NCBI GenBank assembly: GCA_965223665.1
Contig: OZ245011.1
Location: forward strand, 4,180,044-4,244,043
DNA: 64,000 nt
Direction: 5' to 3'
From: Nitrospinaceae bacterium
GTDB lineage: Bacteria; Nitrospinota; Nitrospinia; Nitrospinales; Nitrospinaceae
The notes beneath the pieces are model-generated. The model worked only from the letters and a program-made list of their open reading frames with translations, searched no databases and was not told the origin of the DNA. Positions 20,378-29,866 of the stretch are shown piece after piece. The position numbers and the translations under genes were made by a program. Numbering within the stretch: position 1 is the first letter of the stretch; each line of letters starts with the position of its first letter.

Positions 20378-21712
20378 TTAAAAAGAAATATCCCATTGAA
20401 ATCGAACTCTATCTTCATCGTAGTCCATTCCCGTAACAAAATCATCCAAAGTCAAATGAGAATAGTCGACTGTGAATTTATTATTATGGCCGGCAAAGAA
20501 CCAATTGATGGCAAAAGTGTATTCGCCTCTTTCATCAACAGAACCAATTGCTGCACTTACTGGTTCAGTAAGATGCGCCACACGAAAAGCTAATTCAATT
20601 CCTTCTGGGATAGCTTGAATAATTTCGTTAAAAAAATACCCTATTTGTGCATAGTAACCATAAAAGTTATGCTCTAATAACGTTCCTGCATCCTTAACAT
20701 TTTTCCAATGGAATTCCTGCTGGATAGCTAATCCTTGAAACTTAAAGGCGAATTCTTGAACGTATTGGTCAATGGTAAATTGTTCATCAAAACCTAGACC
20801 AAAACCATCTAAAGCTCCGCAACCTGAGGAACTCCATCGTGTACAGCGACCTTTATTAGAGGCAACTGCGAATGCTAAACTTCCAGTTGGTTTTTGATGT
20901 CGTTTAACGTCAGATTGTCGCCATTTTAAATCACGACCCAAAAAGTTCCATTGAATACGGGCCATCCACATCATATTGGAGTCATCATTGTTGGTTGCAC
21001 GGCCTTCACCATTAAACACACCAACATAGTATCTCATTTCCGCGAGGGTGCCTTTAAAAAATCGTCCCATTGCCATTACACCTACTTGACGGTCGATGGT
21101 AAAAATCCTATTTATAATGGAACGTTCAATAAAAGTTTGTCTTCCGGAGGAATCTACCCGTTCACGGTTAAAGTTAATTTTCCATTGTCCTACTCGAAGT
21201 CCGAACCACTCATAGGGTTGAATTGTAATTCTCCAGTCAATAACTCGGGAACGGTCTGCTAGGCCTCCATTGAAGGATTTTGAGGGTTGTAAATCAATTT
21301 CAAAGTAATATTTTATCCAGCGTTTATAACCATGCCCACCGATTTTCATTCGCACTCGACGGAGTTCAAAATTGCTTGATTCTTCCCGAGTGGTAAAGTT
21401 GCCCACACTTCTAGGATCTGAACGATTGGGATTGGTGTATCTCATTTGGGCACGCCATACCAGTTTTGTAGAAAAAAGCCCATTGGGGGATTCAAAGTAA
21501 AAGCCAGGTCCTTTATATTTTGATATTAAAGTCTCTAATAAGCTTTGACTATTTTGTGGCCTACTATTACTTTTCTTTATGGCTTCCTCGTTGGCTGCCA
21601 TTCTTTCTTCAAGGGAAAGTAACCGTAACTCTTCCGGGGTTAGGTCTGCTTGCGCTGCTTGAACCCAGGCAAATAAACCTAAAAGTAAAAAGGTGATAAT
21701 CTTTTTTTGCAT
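20378..21712 (-). CDS. OprO/OprP-like anion-selective porin
   Basis: Start moved to ATG 21712 (GAAGGAGG RBS, signal peptide AQA/D); FELRRVRMKIGG, YYFEID, RVGQWK..FNRE, R.VGV motifs; C-terminal aromatic ending QWDISF. Confidence 0.85.
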   Translation of the reverse strand: MQKKIITFLLLGLFAWVQAAQADLTPEELRLLSLEERMAANEEAIKKSNSRPQNSQSLLETLISKYKGPGFYFESPNGLFSTKLVWRAQMRYTNPNRSDPRSVGNFTTREESSNFELRRVRMKIGGHGYKRWIKYYFEIDLQPSKSFNGGLADRSRVIDWRITIQPYEWFGLRVGQWKINFNRERVDSSGRQTFIERSIINRIFTIDRQVGVMAMGRFFKGTLAEMRYYVGVFNGEGRATNNDDSNMMWMARIQWNFLGRDLKWRQSDVKRHQKPTGSLAFAVASNKGRCTRWSSSGCGALDGFGLGFDEQFTIDQYVQEFAFKFQGLAIQQEFHWKNVKDAGTLLEHNFYGYYAQIGYFFNEIIQAIPEGIELAFRVAHLTEPVSAAIGSVDERGEYTFAINWFFAGHNNKFTVDYSHLTLDDFVTGMDYDEDRVRFQWDISF

Positions 21713-22026
21713 CGTTCCTCCTTCATGAATGGGACTTTTTCCATAATACACTTTGCAAAATTTAAGAAGTTTGTATTAGGATTTTGTGAGGACCAAATTT
21801 TGATTTTCATAGTTATAAAAAATTTGAAATCAATTTAGGATTCGTGAAGATGTTTTTCTCGTTTCGTTGGAAATTAGTTAGAAAAATATTAGTTTTAATT
21901 TATTAACTGAAAAGAAACTCTGAAAATTCATTGAAATGCTAATTAAGTGGAGCTAACATATTCTCCAAAATGAATTGTCTGATAGGTATTAAGTTCTCAT
22001 ACCACTGAATGGAATAGGGGTCGTGA

Positions 22027-22431
22027 ATGCTTCCTGAATGGATAGAAAAATTAAGAGAGGTGGAATCCTCCAAAGAAAAATTGCAAAACGCAGATTTAAG
22101 CAATCTAAAATTAATGAAAGCTAAATTGGATCATGCACAATTAAATCAGGCTGACTTAAGCTGTTCTTACCTTATTCGAGCGGATTTGAAAAATGCTGAT
22201 CTTTCGGAAGCCGATTTGTCCAGTGCTGTTCTAAGTGAAGCGGACTTGTCTGGAGCAAACTTAGAAGATACTGACTTTACTGAAACTTACCTGCATGGAG
22301 CTAACTTAAGTGAGGTTCAGAATCTCACTGGAGAACAATTAGAGTTGGCTTTCCTTGATAAAGAAACCAGGTTGCCGGATTATTTAAAAATCACCTGGAC
22401 TTCAGAGCACACTTTTGAATTTGAGGACTAA
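22027..22431 (+). CDS. Small pentapeptide-repeat protein
   Basis: Tandem A(D/N)Lxx repeats; ends in an LTGEQL...ETRLPDYL cap. Confidence 0.9.
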   Translation: MLPEWIEKLREVESSKEKLQNADLSNLKLMKAKLDHAQLNQADLSCSYLIRADLKNADLSEADLSSAVLSEADLSGANLEDTDFTETYLHGANLSEVQNLTGEQLELAFLDKETRLPDYLKITWTSEHTFEFED

Positions 22432-22442
22432 AAAAACTTTCT

Positions 22443-24050
22443 TTATTTAATTCCGGAAAAACCTATCCCCGACAAAGCAGCCATTTCTTGTTTCCAGGTA
22501 GTTAAATCCTCCAAACTAAAATGACTTAGCTTTTTATGGCCACAAGCTCTTGCCAATACTTTCATTAATTCTACCGATGCCTCAAAAAAATTGTACAACC
22601 TTTTTGCTGATTCTTCCACGATGAGTCTTGATCGTAAATGCTCTTTTTGGGTAGCAATACCTACAGGGCAATTATTAGTGTGACAAGCTCTCATAGCAAT
22701 GCAGCCTATTGCCTGTAAAGCAGAATTGGAGAGAGCCACGGCATCTGCCCCTAGTGCCATTGCCTTGACGAAGTCGTCTGGTGTTCTAAGTCCTCCCGTA
22801 ATAATCAAGCTTATCTCTTTTTTTGCGAGTGAATCTAAATGACGCCTTGCACGGGCTAAAGCTGGGATTGTAGGGACAGAAATGTTTTCTCGAAAAATCA
22901 AGGGGGCTGCTCCTGTACCACCGCCACGTCCATCCAGAATAATATAATCAACTCCAACCTCTAAAGCAGCATCAATATCTTTTTCAATATTTTGAGCTGA
23001 GAGTTTATAGCCTATGGGAATGCCTCCTGTTTCTATGCGAACCTTGTCGGCAAATTCTTTTATTTGACTGATTTCAGTCCAATCTACAAACCGTGGGGGA
23101 GAAATAGCTGGTTCCCCTTCTTTTAATCCTCGGACTTGAGCAATTTTTCCTTTTACCTTTTCACCAGGTAAATGCCCACCCGTTCCCGTTTTGGCACCCT
23201 GTCCACCTTTGAAATGAAAGGCCTGACATTGTTTGACTTTTTCCATGGAAAATCCAAATCGTCCAGAAGCAAGTTCGTAAAAATAACGGGAATTGGATTC
23301 TTGTTCTTCAGGTAACATTCCCCCTTCCCCAGAGCAAATCCCAGTGCCGGCTAACTCTGCTCCTTTGGATAAAGCTATTTTCGCTTCTTCAGATAAAGCC
23401 CCAAAGCTCATGTCTGAAACAAAAAGTGGAATTTTTAGTTTTAGAGGTTTAGCAGCTTGAGGGCCAATTATAGTTTCAGTATCCACTTCTTCCTCATCCA
23501 GGAGAGGAAGTTTAGCCAACTGAGCTGTAACAATTTGAATATCGTCCCAGGAAGGTAGTTCATCTCTGGGAATCCCCATTGCTGCAACAGGCCCATGATG
23601 ACCAGTTTTTGAAAGACCATTCTTTGCAAGATTTTGTATTAATCCAACATGGGGTTCTATGGGAATACCATGCATATCCTGATACAAACCCTGGTAGGCT
23701 TGGCGATCATAAAATTGCGGATGATCTTTTTCCCATGCCGAAATTTCTTCCTCATCTACCCAAACTTTACCTTCTCCCAACCAACATGAAAACTTGGGAA
23801 GCATTTCATCATTATTATATTCGCTTACCCCTGTATCAATTCGAAAGTCCCATTGGTGAACTCCACAAATCAAATTATCTCCTTGGATACTTCCATCTGA
23901 AAGTAAGGCTCCTCGATGAGGACATCGACCATACAATACAGATACATTTTGATCAAATCGAATTACCACCAAATCTACATTAGCAACTAGTGCATAAGAA
24001 GGAGTTCGTTCTTTAAGTTGGTTCCATTCTGCGACAGGGATTTTTTTCAT
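22443..24050 (-). CDS. Rieske domain fused to an FMN-binding glutamate synthase-family domain
   Basis: CPHRG...CGVHQW Rieske ligands; SDMSFGALS, SGEGGML, GQGAKTGTGGHLP, DGRGGGTGAAP, C...RACHTNNCPVGIATQ. Confidence 0.9.
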   Translation of the reverse strand: MKKIPVAEWNQLKERTPSYALVANVDLVVIRFDQNVSVLYGRCPHRGALLSDGSIQGDNLICGVHQWDFRIDTGVSEYNNDEMLPKFSCWLGEGKVWVDEEEISAWEKDHPQFYDRQAYQGLYQDMHGIPIEPHVGLIQNLAKNGLSKTGHHGPVAAMGIPRDELPSWDDIQIVTAQLAKLPLLDEEEVDTETIIGPQAAKPLKLKIPLFVSDMSFGALSEEAKIALSKGAELAGTGICSGEGGMLPEEQESNSRYFYELASGRFGFSMEKVKQCQAFHFKGGQGAKTGTGGHLPGEKVKGKIAQVRGLKEGEPAISPPRFVDWTEISQIKEFADKVRIETGGIPIGYKLSAQNIEKDIDAALEVGVDYIILDGRGGGTGAAPLIFRENISVPTIPALARARRHLDSLAKKEISLIITGGLRTPDDFVKAMALGADAVALSNSALQAIGCIAMRACHTNNCPVGIATQKEHLRSRLIVEESAKRLYNFFEASVELMKVLARACGHKKLSHFSLEDLTTWKQEMAALSGIGFSGIK

Positions 24051-24171
24051 ATTATTTATTTTGTTATATATAAAAATAAGTGGATGTTATAAAGTGATAC
24101 AAAGAAATATAAAATGATAATACAGTTCAAGAGATTACCAAAAATTTTTAGAATAAGTTAGAAAAGAATTT

Positions 24172-24681
24172 ATGGCTGAAGTTAAAAAGGGAGTAGTCTT
24201 GGTTGGTCATGGAGGGGTTCCCAAAGATTGTCCTCCTGAATTGATTCGTCGTTTTAAAGTATTGGAAGGTCAAAGGCGATCAAAAGGATTACCTCCCACT
24301 CAAGAGGAACTAGAATTGGATAGTCAAATTCGTGATTGGCCTCGAACTCCAGAAACTGATCCTTATCAGCAGGGCTTGCAAAGATTGGGAGAAAAACTCG
24401 AACCGTTGTTAGGGGATTCCAGGTTAATTCTTGCATATAATGAGTTTTGTGCACCTACCTTACAAACTGCCGTTGAATACTTATCGAAAGAGGGCATAGA
24501 AGATATTATTGTGATTCCTTCGATGATTACTCCAGGAGGATCACACTCTCAAGTCGAAATCCCTGAAGCCATTGAGAAGCTAAAAACGAATTTTCCCCGT
24601 ATTTCTTTTCGATATGCCTGGCCTTTTGATCTCGGTCAAATAGCTAAATTGTTGGCAGACCAAATATCTTCTTTTGAATAA
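24172..24681 (+). CDS. CbiX/SirB-type small chelatase
   Basis: LVGHGG, AYNEFCAP, TPGGSHSQVEIP motifs. Confidence 0.85.
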   Translation: MAEVKKGVVLVGHGGVPKDCPPELIRRFKVLEGQRRSKGLPPTQEELELDSQIRDWPRTPETDPYQQGLQRLGEKLEPLLGDSRLILAYNEFCAPTLQTAVEYLSKEGIEDIIVIPSMITPGGSHSQVEIPEAIEKLKTNFPRISFRYAWPFDLGQIAKLLADQISSFE

Positions 24682-25009
24682 TTAAATTAATCTCTGTTAA
24701 ATGATTTTTAATAAAAACTAACTAATTCTGGTTAATATTGATTTACCCAGAATTAGGTGATTGGAGAATTTTAAGCTTCTAAAACGCTAAAGTCATTTCG
24801 AATTGATACGAAAATTCCAATTATTAAAATTACCCACGTCCAAAAACTCGTACCCTCATTAAAGCCTAAATAATTACAGACTTGATAAATTTGATTATCC
24901 CGATATAGAAAATTCGAATATTGGATGTTGAGGGTGTTCGTACAATCCCATTTGAAGTCATTCCAAACGATTTTAATTTTTCCTTTAAAAACAATCGGTA
25001 GCTACTTTG

Positions 25010-25044
25010 AGCCCAGATTCCTTTTTGGGAGTCTGGGCTTTTTT
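25010..25044 (+). terminator. Strong intrinsic terminator in an intergenic region
   Basis: agcccagattcc / ggagtctgggct 12-bp stem (one G-U pair) followed by a T-run. Confidence 0.8.
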
Positions 25045-25145
25045 AACCCAATTTTTCAATGGAGAAAAAAGTCTTCTCTTTATCTTCAATTTTGTCCTGG
25101 TTCCTTTAAACTGAATAAATAGATTTAAATTTATCAACTTTTCTA

Positions 25146-27098
25146 ATGACAAATATTTCACCTCACATTCAAAAAAAAGGAACTCTCATTTGGAAAAGGG
25201 AATTGCAAGGGTTTCCCAGAGTTTTGGCGCTATCTCCATCAAGGGGATCTTGTATTGTGGGCTTTGAGGATGGCGAAGTAGATTTTTTTAATAAGGAGGG
25301 TGAATTACTTTGGGAAATTAATGTCGGCCAACCGGTAACTCAGGTTGGAATATTGCACTATAAAAAATTAGTAGTAGTTTTAGATGAGTATAGTCGTCTC
25401 CACTGTATCGATTTCCGGGGAAAACTACTATTTTCAAAAACCTATGACGCGTACTGGTCTTCTTTCGGGGTTAAGTCAGGGAATGTGATTTTATGGGGAT
25501 GGAAGTCAAAACCTCTCAAAATAAACTCTTCTGGAAAGATTCTTCAAGAATTGGAATTGCCACATCCAAGGCGAAAGATTATTCCAGTCCCGAAAAAGGA
25601 TTTGTATTGGGTTGTCCACAACCAAGTGTGCCTTGGTTTATACAATAGTAAGGGCAAAAATATATGGTTAGTCAACAATCCCGTCCCAATGGACCTCTCG
25701 CGGGAACACGCTTCTGAGTTCTCCGTAAATGATAATGGTGAAGTTTTTGCCATTACATGTCATGAAAACGGAATATTTGTTTATAACAGTTTGAAAAAAA
25801 CTTTAAACCAAATTGATTTGGATCGAGTGGTCTCCAATGTTTTTGTAAGTGGTGATGGTCAATCCATATTAATTGGAGATGGTTTAAATTCCCTTTTTTT
25901 GGTTTCTCCAGATGCTCAAATCCTTTGGCAAATGGAACTGAATTCTCCTTCTAAATGTTTGGCAGTCGATAAATCAGGAAAATATATTGTGGTGTTAGAA
26001 GAGAATGGCGATTTGTCGAGCTATCAATTTTCCTGCCACAAAGATAAACGGTCCAATTTCCTTGAATTAAAAGATCAGGTTTCTTTAAATGAAAAATTTG
26101 AACTTTGGAAAATAAAACTTCCCTTTGACACCCTTAAAAAGAATTCTAATTTGCAGGTTTCCAAGAATGGAAAGACAATTACCTGTGGTTCTGAAAAAGA
26201 TTATTTCATTTGCGATTCCTCGGGCAATCCGTTAGCTCAAAAAAGTTTTTTAACTCCTAAATCAAAAGTGTTTAATGCAAAAAATGGAGACAAAGTTTTT
26301 TTCTATAATGACCACGAAATTTTTATACAGGATTGTAAAAATCAAGACGAAAAGCATTTAACTTTTTACCAGATGCCGCTTAAGGAAGTGGTAATTGATC
26401 CTGGGGGTAAAGGATTTTTAACTTTGGATAAAGGTGGCAACCTTAGTTATTATTCTGAAAATGGGGAAATGCAATTTACGCGAAATTCTAAAAAACCTCT
26501 TCATCGTTTGAGCCTTGATACGAGTTCAGGTTTTGCCATTTTCCAGGGGTCCCCACGAACCATCTTTATTTTAAATCTTAAAACATTGAAAGCCAGGCAC
26601 ATTGTTTTAGGTGGCTCCGTCAATTGTCTGGATATAAAAAATGGAATCATTTTTGTTGGCGGCCAGGGAGGACGATGCCATGCTATAGATGGAGAGGCAA
26701 AGATAATTTGGAAGTTTAAATTAAATGAACCTGTTAAAGAAGTTATACCAATAGAAGAAAAAACGGCTTTTGTTACCACATCAGGAACAATAATATTGGT
26801 TGATTTTTCGGGGCGAGAACTTGGGAAATTTAAGTTGAAATCTTCGCGGTCGGTAGTGACTTGGTTGGATAAAGATATATTCGAGTTAGTGAAAAGAGGG
26901 GATACCGTTTCTTGTCAGAAACTATCTGCTAGTTCAACTTTTTGGAAAATAAATGTGGGAAGCCTGGTGCAGAACATGGCTGCTCCTGGAGGAAGCAACC
27001 GTGTATTTATTTTGGATTCAAGTTTTTTGCATTGCCATCAATTGATACCGCGATCTAATGCGATTGATGACCGTTCTTCATTTTTGGAATTTGATTAA
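25146..27098 (+). CDS. Tandem WD40/PQQ-like beta-propeller protein
   Basis: Recurring blade motifs (G.LLWE, GKNIWL, AQILWQ, AKIIWK); two homologous halves. Confidence 0.75.
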   Translation: MTNISPHIQKKGTLIWKRELQGFPRVLALSPSRGSCIVGFEDGEVDFFNKEGELLWEINVGQPVTQVGILHYKKLVVVLDEYSRLHCIDFRGKLLFSKTYDAYWSSFGVKSGNVILWGWKSKPLKINSSGKILQELELPHPRRKIIPVPKKDLYWVVHNQVCLGLYNSKGKNIWLVNNPVPMDLSREHASEFSVNDNGEVFAITCHENGIFVYNSLKKTLNQIDLDRVVSNVFVSGDGQSILIGDGLNSLFLVSPDAQILWQMELNSPSKCLAVDKSGKYIVVLEENGDLSSYQFSCHKDKRSNFLELKDQVSLNEKFELWKIKLPFDTLKKNSNLQVSKNGKTITCGSEKDYFICDSSGNPLAQKSFLTPKSKVFNAKNGDKVFFYNDHEIFIQDCKNQDEKHLTFYQMPLKEVVIDPGGKGFLTLDKGGNLSYYSENGEMQFTRNSKKPLHRLSLDTSSGFAIFQGSPRTIFILNLKTLKARHIVLGGSVNCLDIKNGIIFVGGQGGRCHAIDGEAKIIWKFKLNEPVKEVIPIEEKTAFVTTSGTIILVDFSGRELGKFKLKSSRSVVTWLDKDIFELVKRGDTVSCQKLSASSTFWKINVGSLVQNMAAPGGSNRVFILDSSFLHCHQLIPRSNAIDDRSSFLEFD

Positions 27099-27117
27099 AA
27101 TTTTATGGATAAAAAAC

Positions 27118-28602
27118 ATGCATTTATTAAACAATGATTTGGTTTTGAGTATCAGGGCACGATATCCACTTTTATATTTACTTACCTGGGAAGAAGATCG
27201 GGCAGAGGAGGTTCTGCGCAAGGTAGGATCCCAAACCAATAAAGAGGTTGTCGTCTGGAGTTTGTCAAAAGGATTTGAGCCTCAGCAAAATGGACTTGGT
27301 AATAAATCGACAAAACCTGAGGAAGCTCTGAAGGCCATCGAGAATTACTCTAAAAAAGCCATATTTGTTTTAAAAGATTTCCATCCTTTTCTGGAAAAGG
27401 AAATTATTTTGCGGCAAATGAGAGATTTAGTTCGGAATTTGAAGAAAAGCTATAAGTCTGTGATTTTGGTTTCACCCATTTTAAAAATTCCCCCTGAATT
27501 GGAAAAAGATATTACGGTTTTCGATTTACCTCTACCAAACTCGAAAGAATTGAAACTTGTGTTAACGAAGTTATTGGAGCCTTATCGAGATTCTAAAGAG
27601 GTCCGAATCGACCTTACACCGGAACTTACTGAAAAGGTAATCCAGGCTACTTTAGGCCTTACGCGAAATGAAGCTGAAAATGTTTACGCTAAAGCATTAA
27701 TAGACAATAAAAACTTTTGTGAAGCGGATCTTCCAAATATCATTTCAGAAAAAAAGCAATTGATTCGCAAATCCGGAATACTGGATTTCATTGGTCTTTC
27801 CACCACTATGGCAAATGTAGGGGGTTTGGGACTACTAAAAGATTGGTTGCAGGAAAGGTCTTCTGCTTTTAGTGCAAAAGCAAGGGAGTATGGATTGCCG
27901 GAGCCGAAAGGTCTGCTCATGTTGGGGGTTCAAGGTTGTGGAAAGAGTTTGTCAGCAAAGGCAATTGCTGCTGAATGGAATTTGCCGCTTTTACGCTTGG
28001 ATGTTGGTAAAATTTTTAATTCCTTTATTGGGGATTCCGAGGAAAATATGAGGAAAGCCATTGCGTTAGCGGAAGCCATGAGCCCCACTGTCCTGTGGTT
28101 GGACGAAATCGAAAAAGGGTTCTCGGGAATAAAAAGTTCCGGGTCTGTTGACTCCGGAGTAACGGCTCGAGTATTTGCTACTTTTTTAACCTGGATGCAG
28201 GAAAAAACAAAGCCTGTTTTTGTCATTGCTACTGCTAACAATATTGAAGAATTACCACCCGAGTTGCTTCGAAAAGGAAGATTTGATGAAATATTCTTTA
28301 TTGATCTTCCCAATACTGAAGAAAGAAAAAATATTTTTGAGATTCATTTGAAACTGAAGAAACGGGATCCACAAAAATTTGATGTTGCAAAATTAGCGCA
28401 ACAATCGGATCAATTTAGTGGAGCTGAAATTGAGCAGACGATTTTGTCTGCTATGTATAAAGCCTTTGCGCAAAATAGAGAATTTAATACAGAAGATATT
28501 CTATCTAGTATCGGCGAGACTGTTCCTTTAGCCGTTACTGCCAAAGAAAAAATTGATTACCTGCGAGAATGGGCTCGCCAAAGAGCCCGTCCATCGTCAT
28601 AG
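27118..28602 (+). CDS. Ycf46-like AAA+ ATPase
   Basis: Start moved to ATG 27118; IRARYPLLYLLTWEEDR, FVLKDFHPF, IPPELEK degenerate first AAA; GVQGCGKS, LWLDEIEKG, LPPELLRKGRFDEIFFIDLP. Confidence 0.92.
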   Translation: MHLLNNDLVLSIRARYPLLYLLTWEEDRAEEVLRKVGSQTNKEVVVWSLSKGFEPQQNGLGNKSTKPEEALKAIENYSKKAIFVLKDFHPFLEKEIILRQMRDLVRNLKKSYKSVILVSPILKIPPELEKDITVFDLPLPNSKELKLVLTKLLEPYRDSKEVRIDLTPELTEKVIQATLGLTRNEAENVYAKALIDNKNFCEADLPNIISEKKQLIRKSGILDFIGLSTTMANVGGLGLLKDWLQERSSAFSAKAREYGLPEPKGLLMLGVQGCGKSLSAKAIAAEWNLPLLRLDVGKIFNSFIGDSEENMRKAIALAEAMSPTVLWLDEIEKGFSGIKSSGSVDSGVTARVFATFLTWMQEKTKPVFVIATANNIEELPPELLRKGRFDEIFFIDLPNTEERKNIFEIHLKLKKRDPQKFDVAKLAQQSDQFSGAEIEQTILSAMYKAFAQNREFNTEDILSSIGETVPLAVTAKEKIDYLREWARQRARPSS

Positions 28603-28674
28603 TCGAATTTTGCGATCTCTCCATTCAAATTTGCATCCTATATTATAGAAGAGCCTTTTTAAAGGAGGCTAAAT

Positions 28675-29835
28675 ATGAAAGCTCTCGTCCTGGACATCAA
28701 ACCTGAAGATTGGGATACCACCACCGGTCTCACCCTTGACTCTGTAGAAATTCCTTATTTAGATGAAGGAAACCAACTCGAAGACGCAGGAAAAGTAATT
28801 ATTAAACCTATATTCACTGGATTTTGTGGATCCGATAAAGGTATCTGGTTCCGCCATTCTTTTAAAGATATGATTTTCAACTCTTTGGCCCAAGAGAAAA
28901 AGTCTTTTCGGATCTGTGGCCACGAATTACTAGGTGAAGTGGTTGAGGTTGGTTCTTACGCGAAAAAACAATATGGTTTCAAAGTTGGGGATACTGTGTC
29001 TACTGAATCCCACATTTTTTGTGGTCGGTGCCATCAGTGCCGAATTGGTGACGCGCATGTGTGTTCAGACCACTTAATTATTGGAATTTCAACTGATGGG
29101 TGTTTTGCGGAGTACGTAAAATTGCCGGCCAAGGAATTGTGGCCTACAGACACCGAATTGATTCGTCCTGAGGTGGCTTCCATTCAAGAACCCTTAGGGA
29201 ATGCTGTGCACGCTTGCAGTAAAGTGGATTTAAGGGGGAAAAATCTTGCCATCTTTGGATGCGGCACTATTGGTTTGTTTTCTATTCTGGTTGCCCGTGC
29301 AATGGGTGCGTCCAAGATCATTGGAATTGACCCCAATAAGAAAAACTTGGAACTAGCAGAAAATTTAGGGGTGGATCTATCCTTGCAAGTGGTGAAAAGA
29401 GAAGATTCTTCGCGTTCCGTTTTGCCGGATTTAGAAATTGCAAATGAAATCAGGAAGGTTTGCTTTGGAGAAGGAGTGGATGTGGCTTTGGAAATGTCTG
29501 GATCTAATCAAGCATTAAATACAGCTATTACTTCAACCCGTGCTGGAGGAGACATTATATTATTTGGATTGTCTGCAGGAGATTACACTTTGACCAATTT
29601 TCAGGAAATAATCATGTATGGAAAATCTCTCCATAGTGTAGTGGGTCGTAAAGTATTTCAAACCTGGTTTACCATGAGTAATTTATTAAAATCTAAAGGA
29701 CATGACTTACAGGATAAAATTTGGGAAATCATCCTTAATAAGGGAAGGGGAACCTCGTATCCTTTTCATGCGTTTGATAAAGGAAGCTTTGAAGAAGCCA
29801 TTAAAGGTCATCCCAAGATAATATTAAGTTACTGA
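28675..29835 (+). CDS. tdh: Zn-dependent dehydrogenase, probable L-threonine 3-dehydrogenase
   Basis: GFCGSD, GHELLGEVV, ESHIFCGRCHQCR....HVC, QEPLGNAVH, LEMSG; directly upstream of kbl; AAGGAGG RBS. Confidence 0.8.
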   Translation: MKALVLDIKPEDWDTTTGLTLDSVEIPYLDEGNQLEDAGKVIIKPIFTGFCGSDKGIWFRHSFKDMIFNSLAQEKKSFRICGHELLGEVVEVGSYAKKQYGFKVGDTVSTESHIFCGRCHQCRIGDAHVCSDHLIIGISTDGCFAEYVKLPAKELWPTDTELIRPEVASIQEPLGNAVHACSKVDLRGKNLAIFGCGTIGLFSILVARAMGASKIIGIDPNKKNLELAENLGVDLSLQVVKREDSSRSVLPDLEIANEIRKVCFGEGVDVALEMSGSNQALNTAITSTRAGGDIILFGLSAGDYTLTNFQEIIMYGKSLHSVVGRKVFQTWFTMSNLLKSKGHDLQDKIWEIILNKGRGTSYPFHAFDKGSFEEAIKGHPKIILSY

Positions 29836-29866
29836 ACCATTTTAGAGTACAGAAGGGCAGGTTAGA

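Noticed and set aside
24925-25122. 65-aa ORF as a leader peptide
   Set aside because: It runs through the terminator, has no clear RBS and shows no run of a single regulatory amino acid
27058-27117. N-terminal extension of the AAA ATPase in the ORF track
   Set aside because: It overlaps the upstream gene; family similarity starts after ATG 27118
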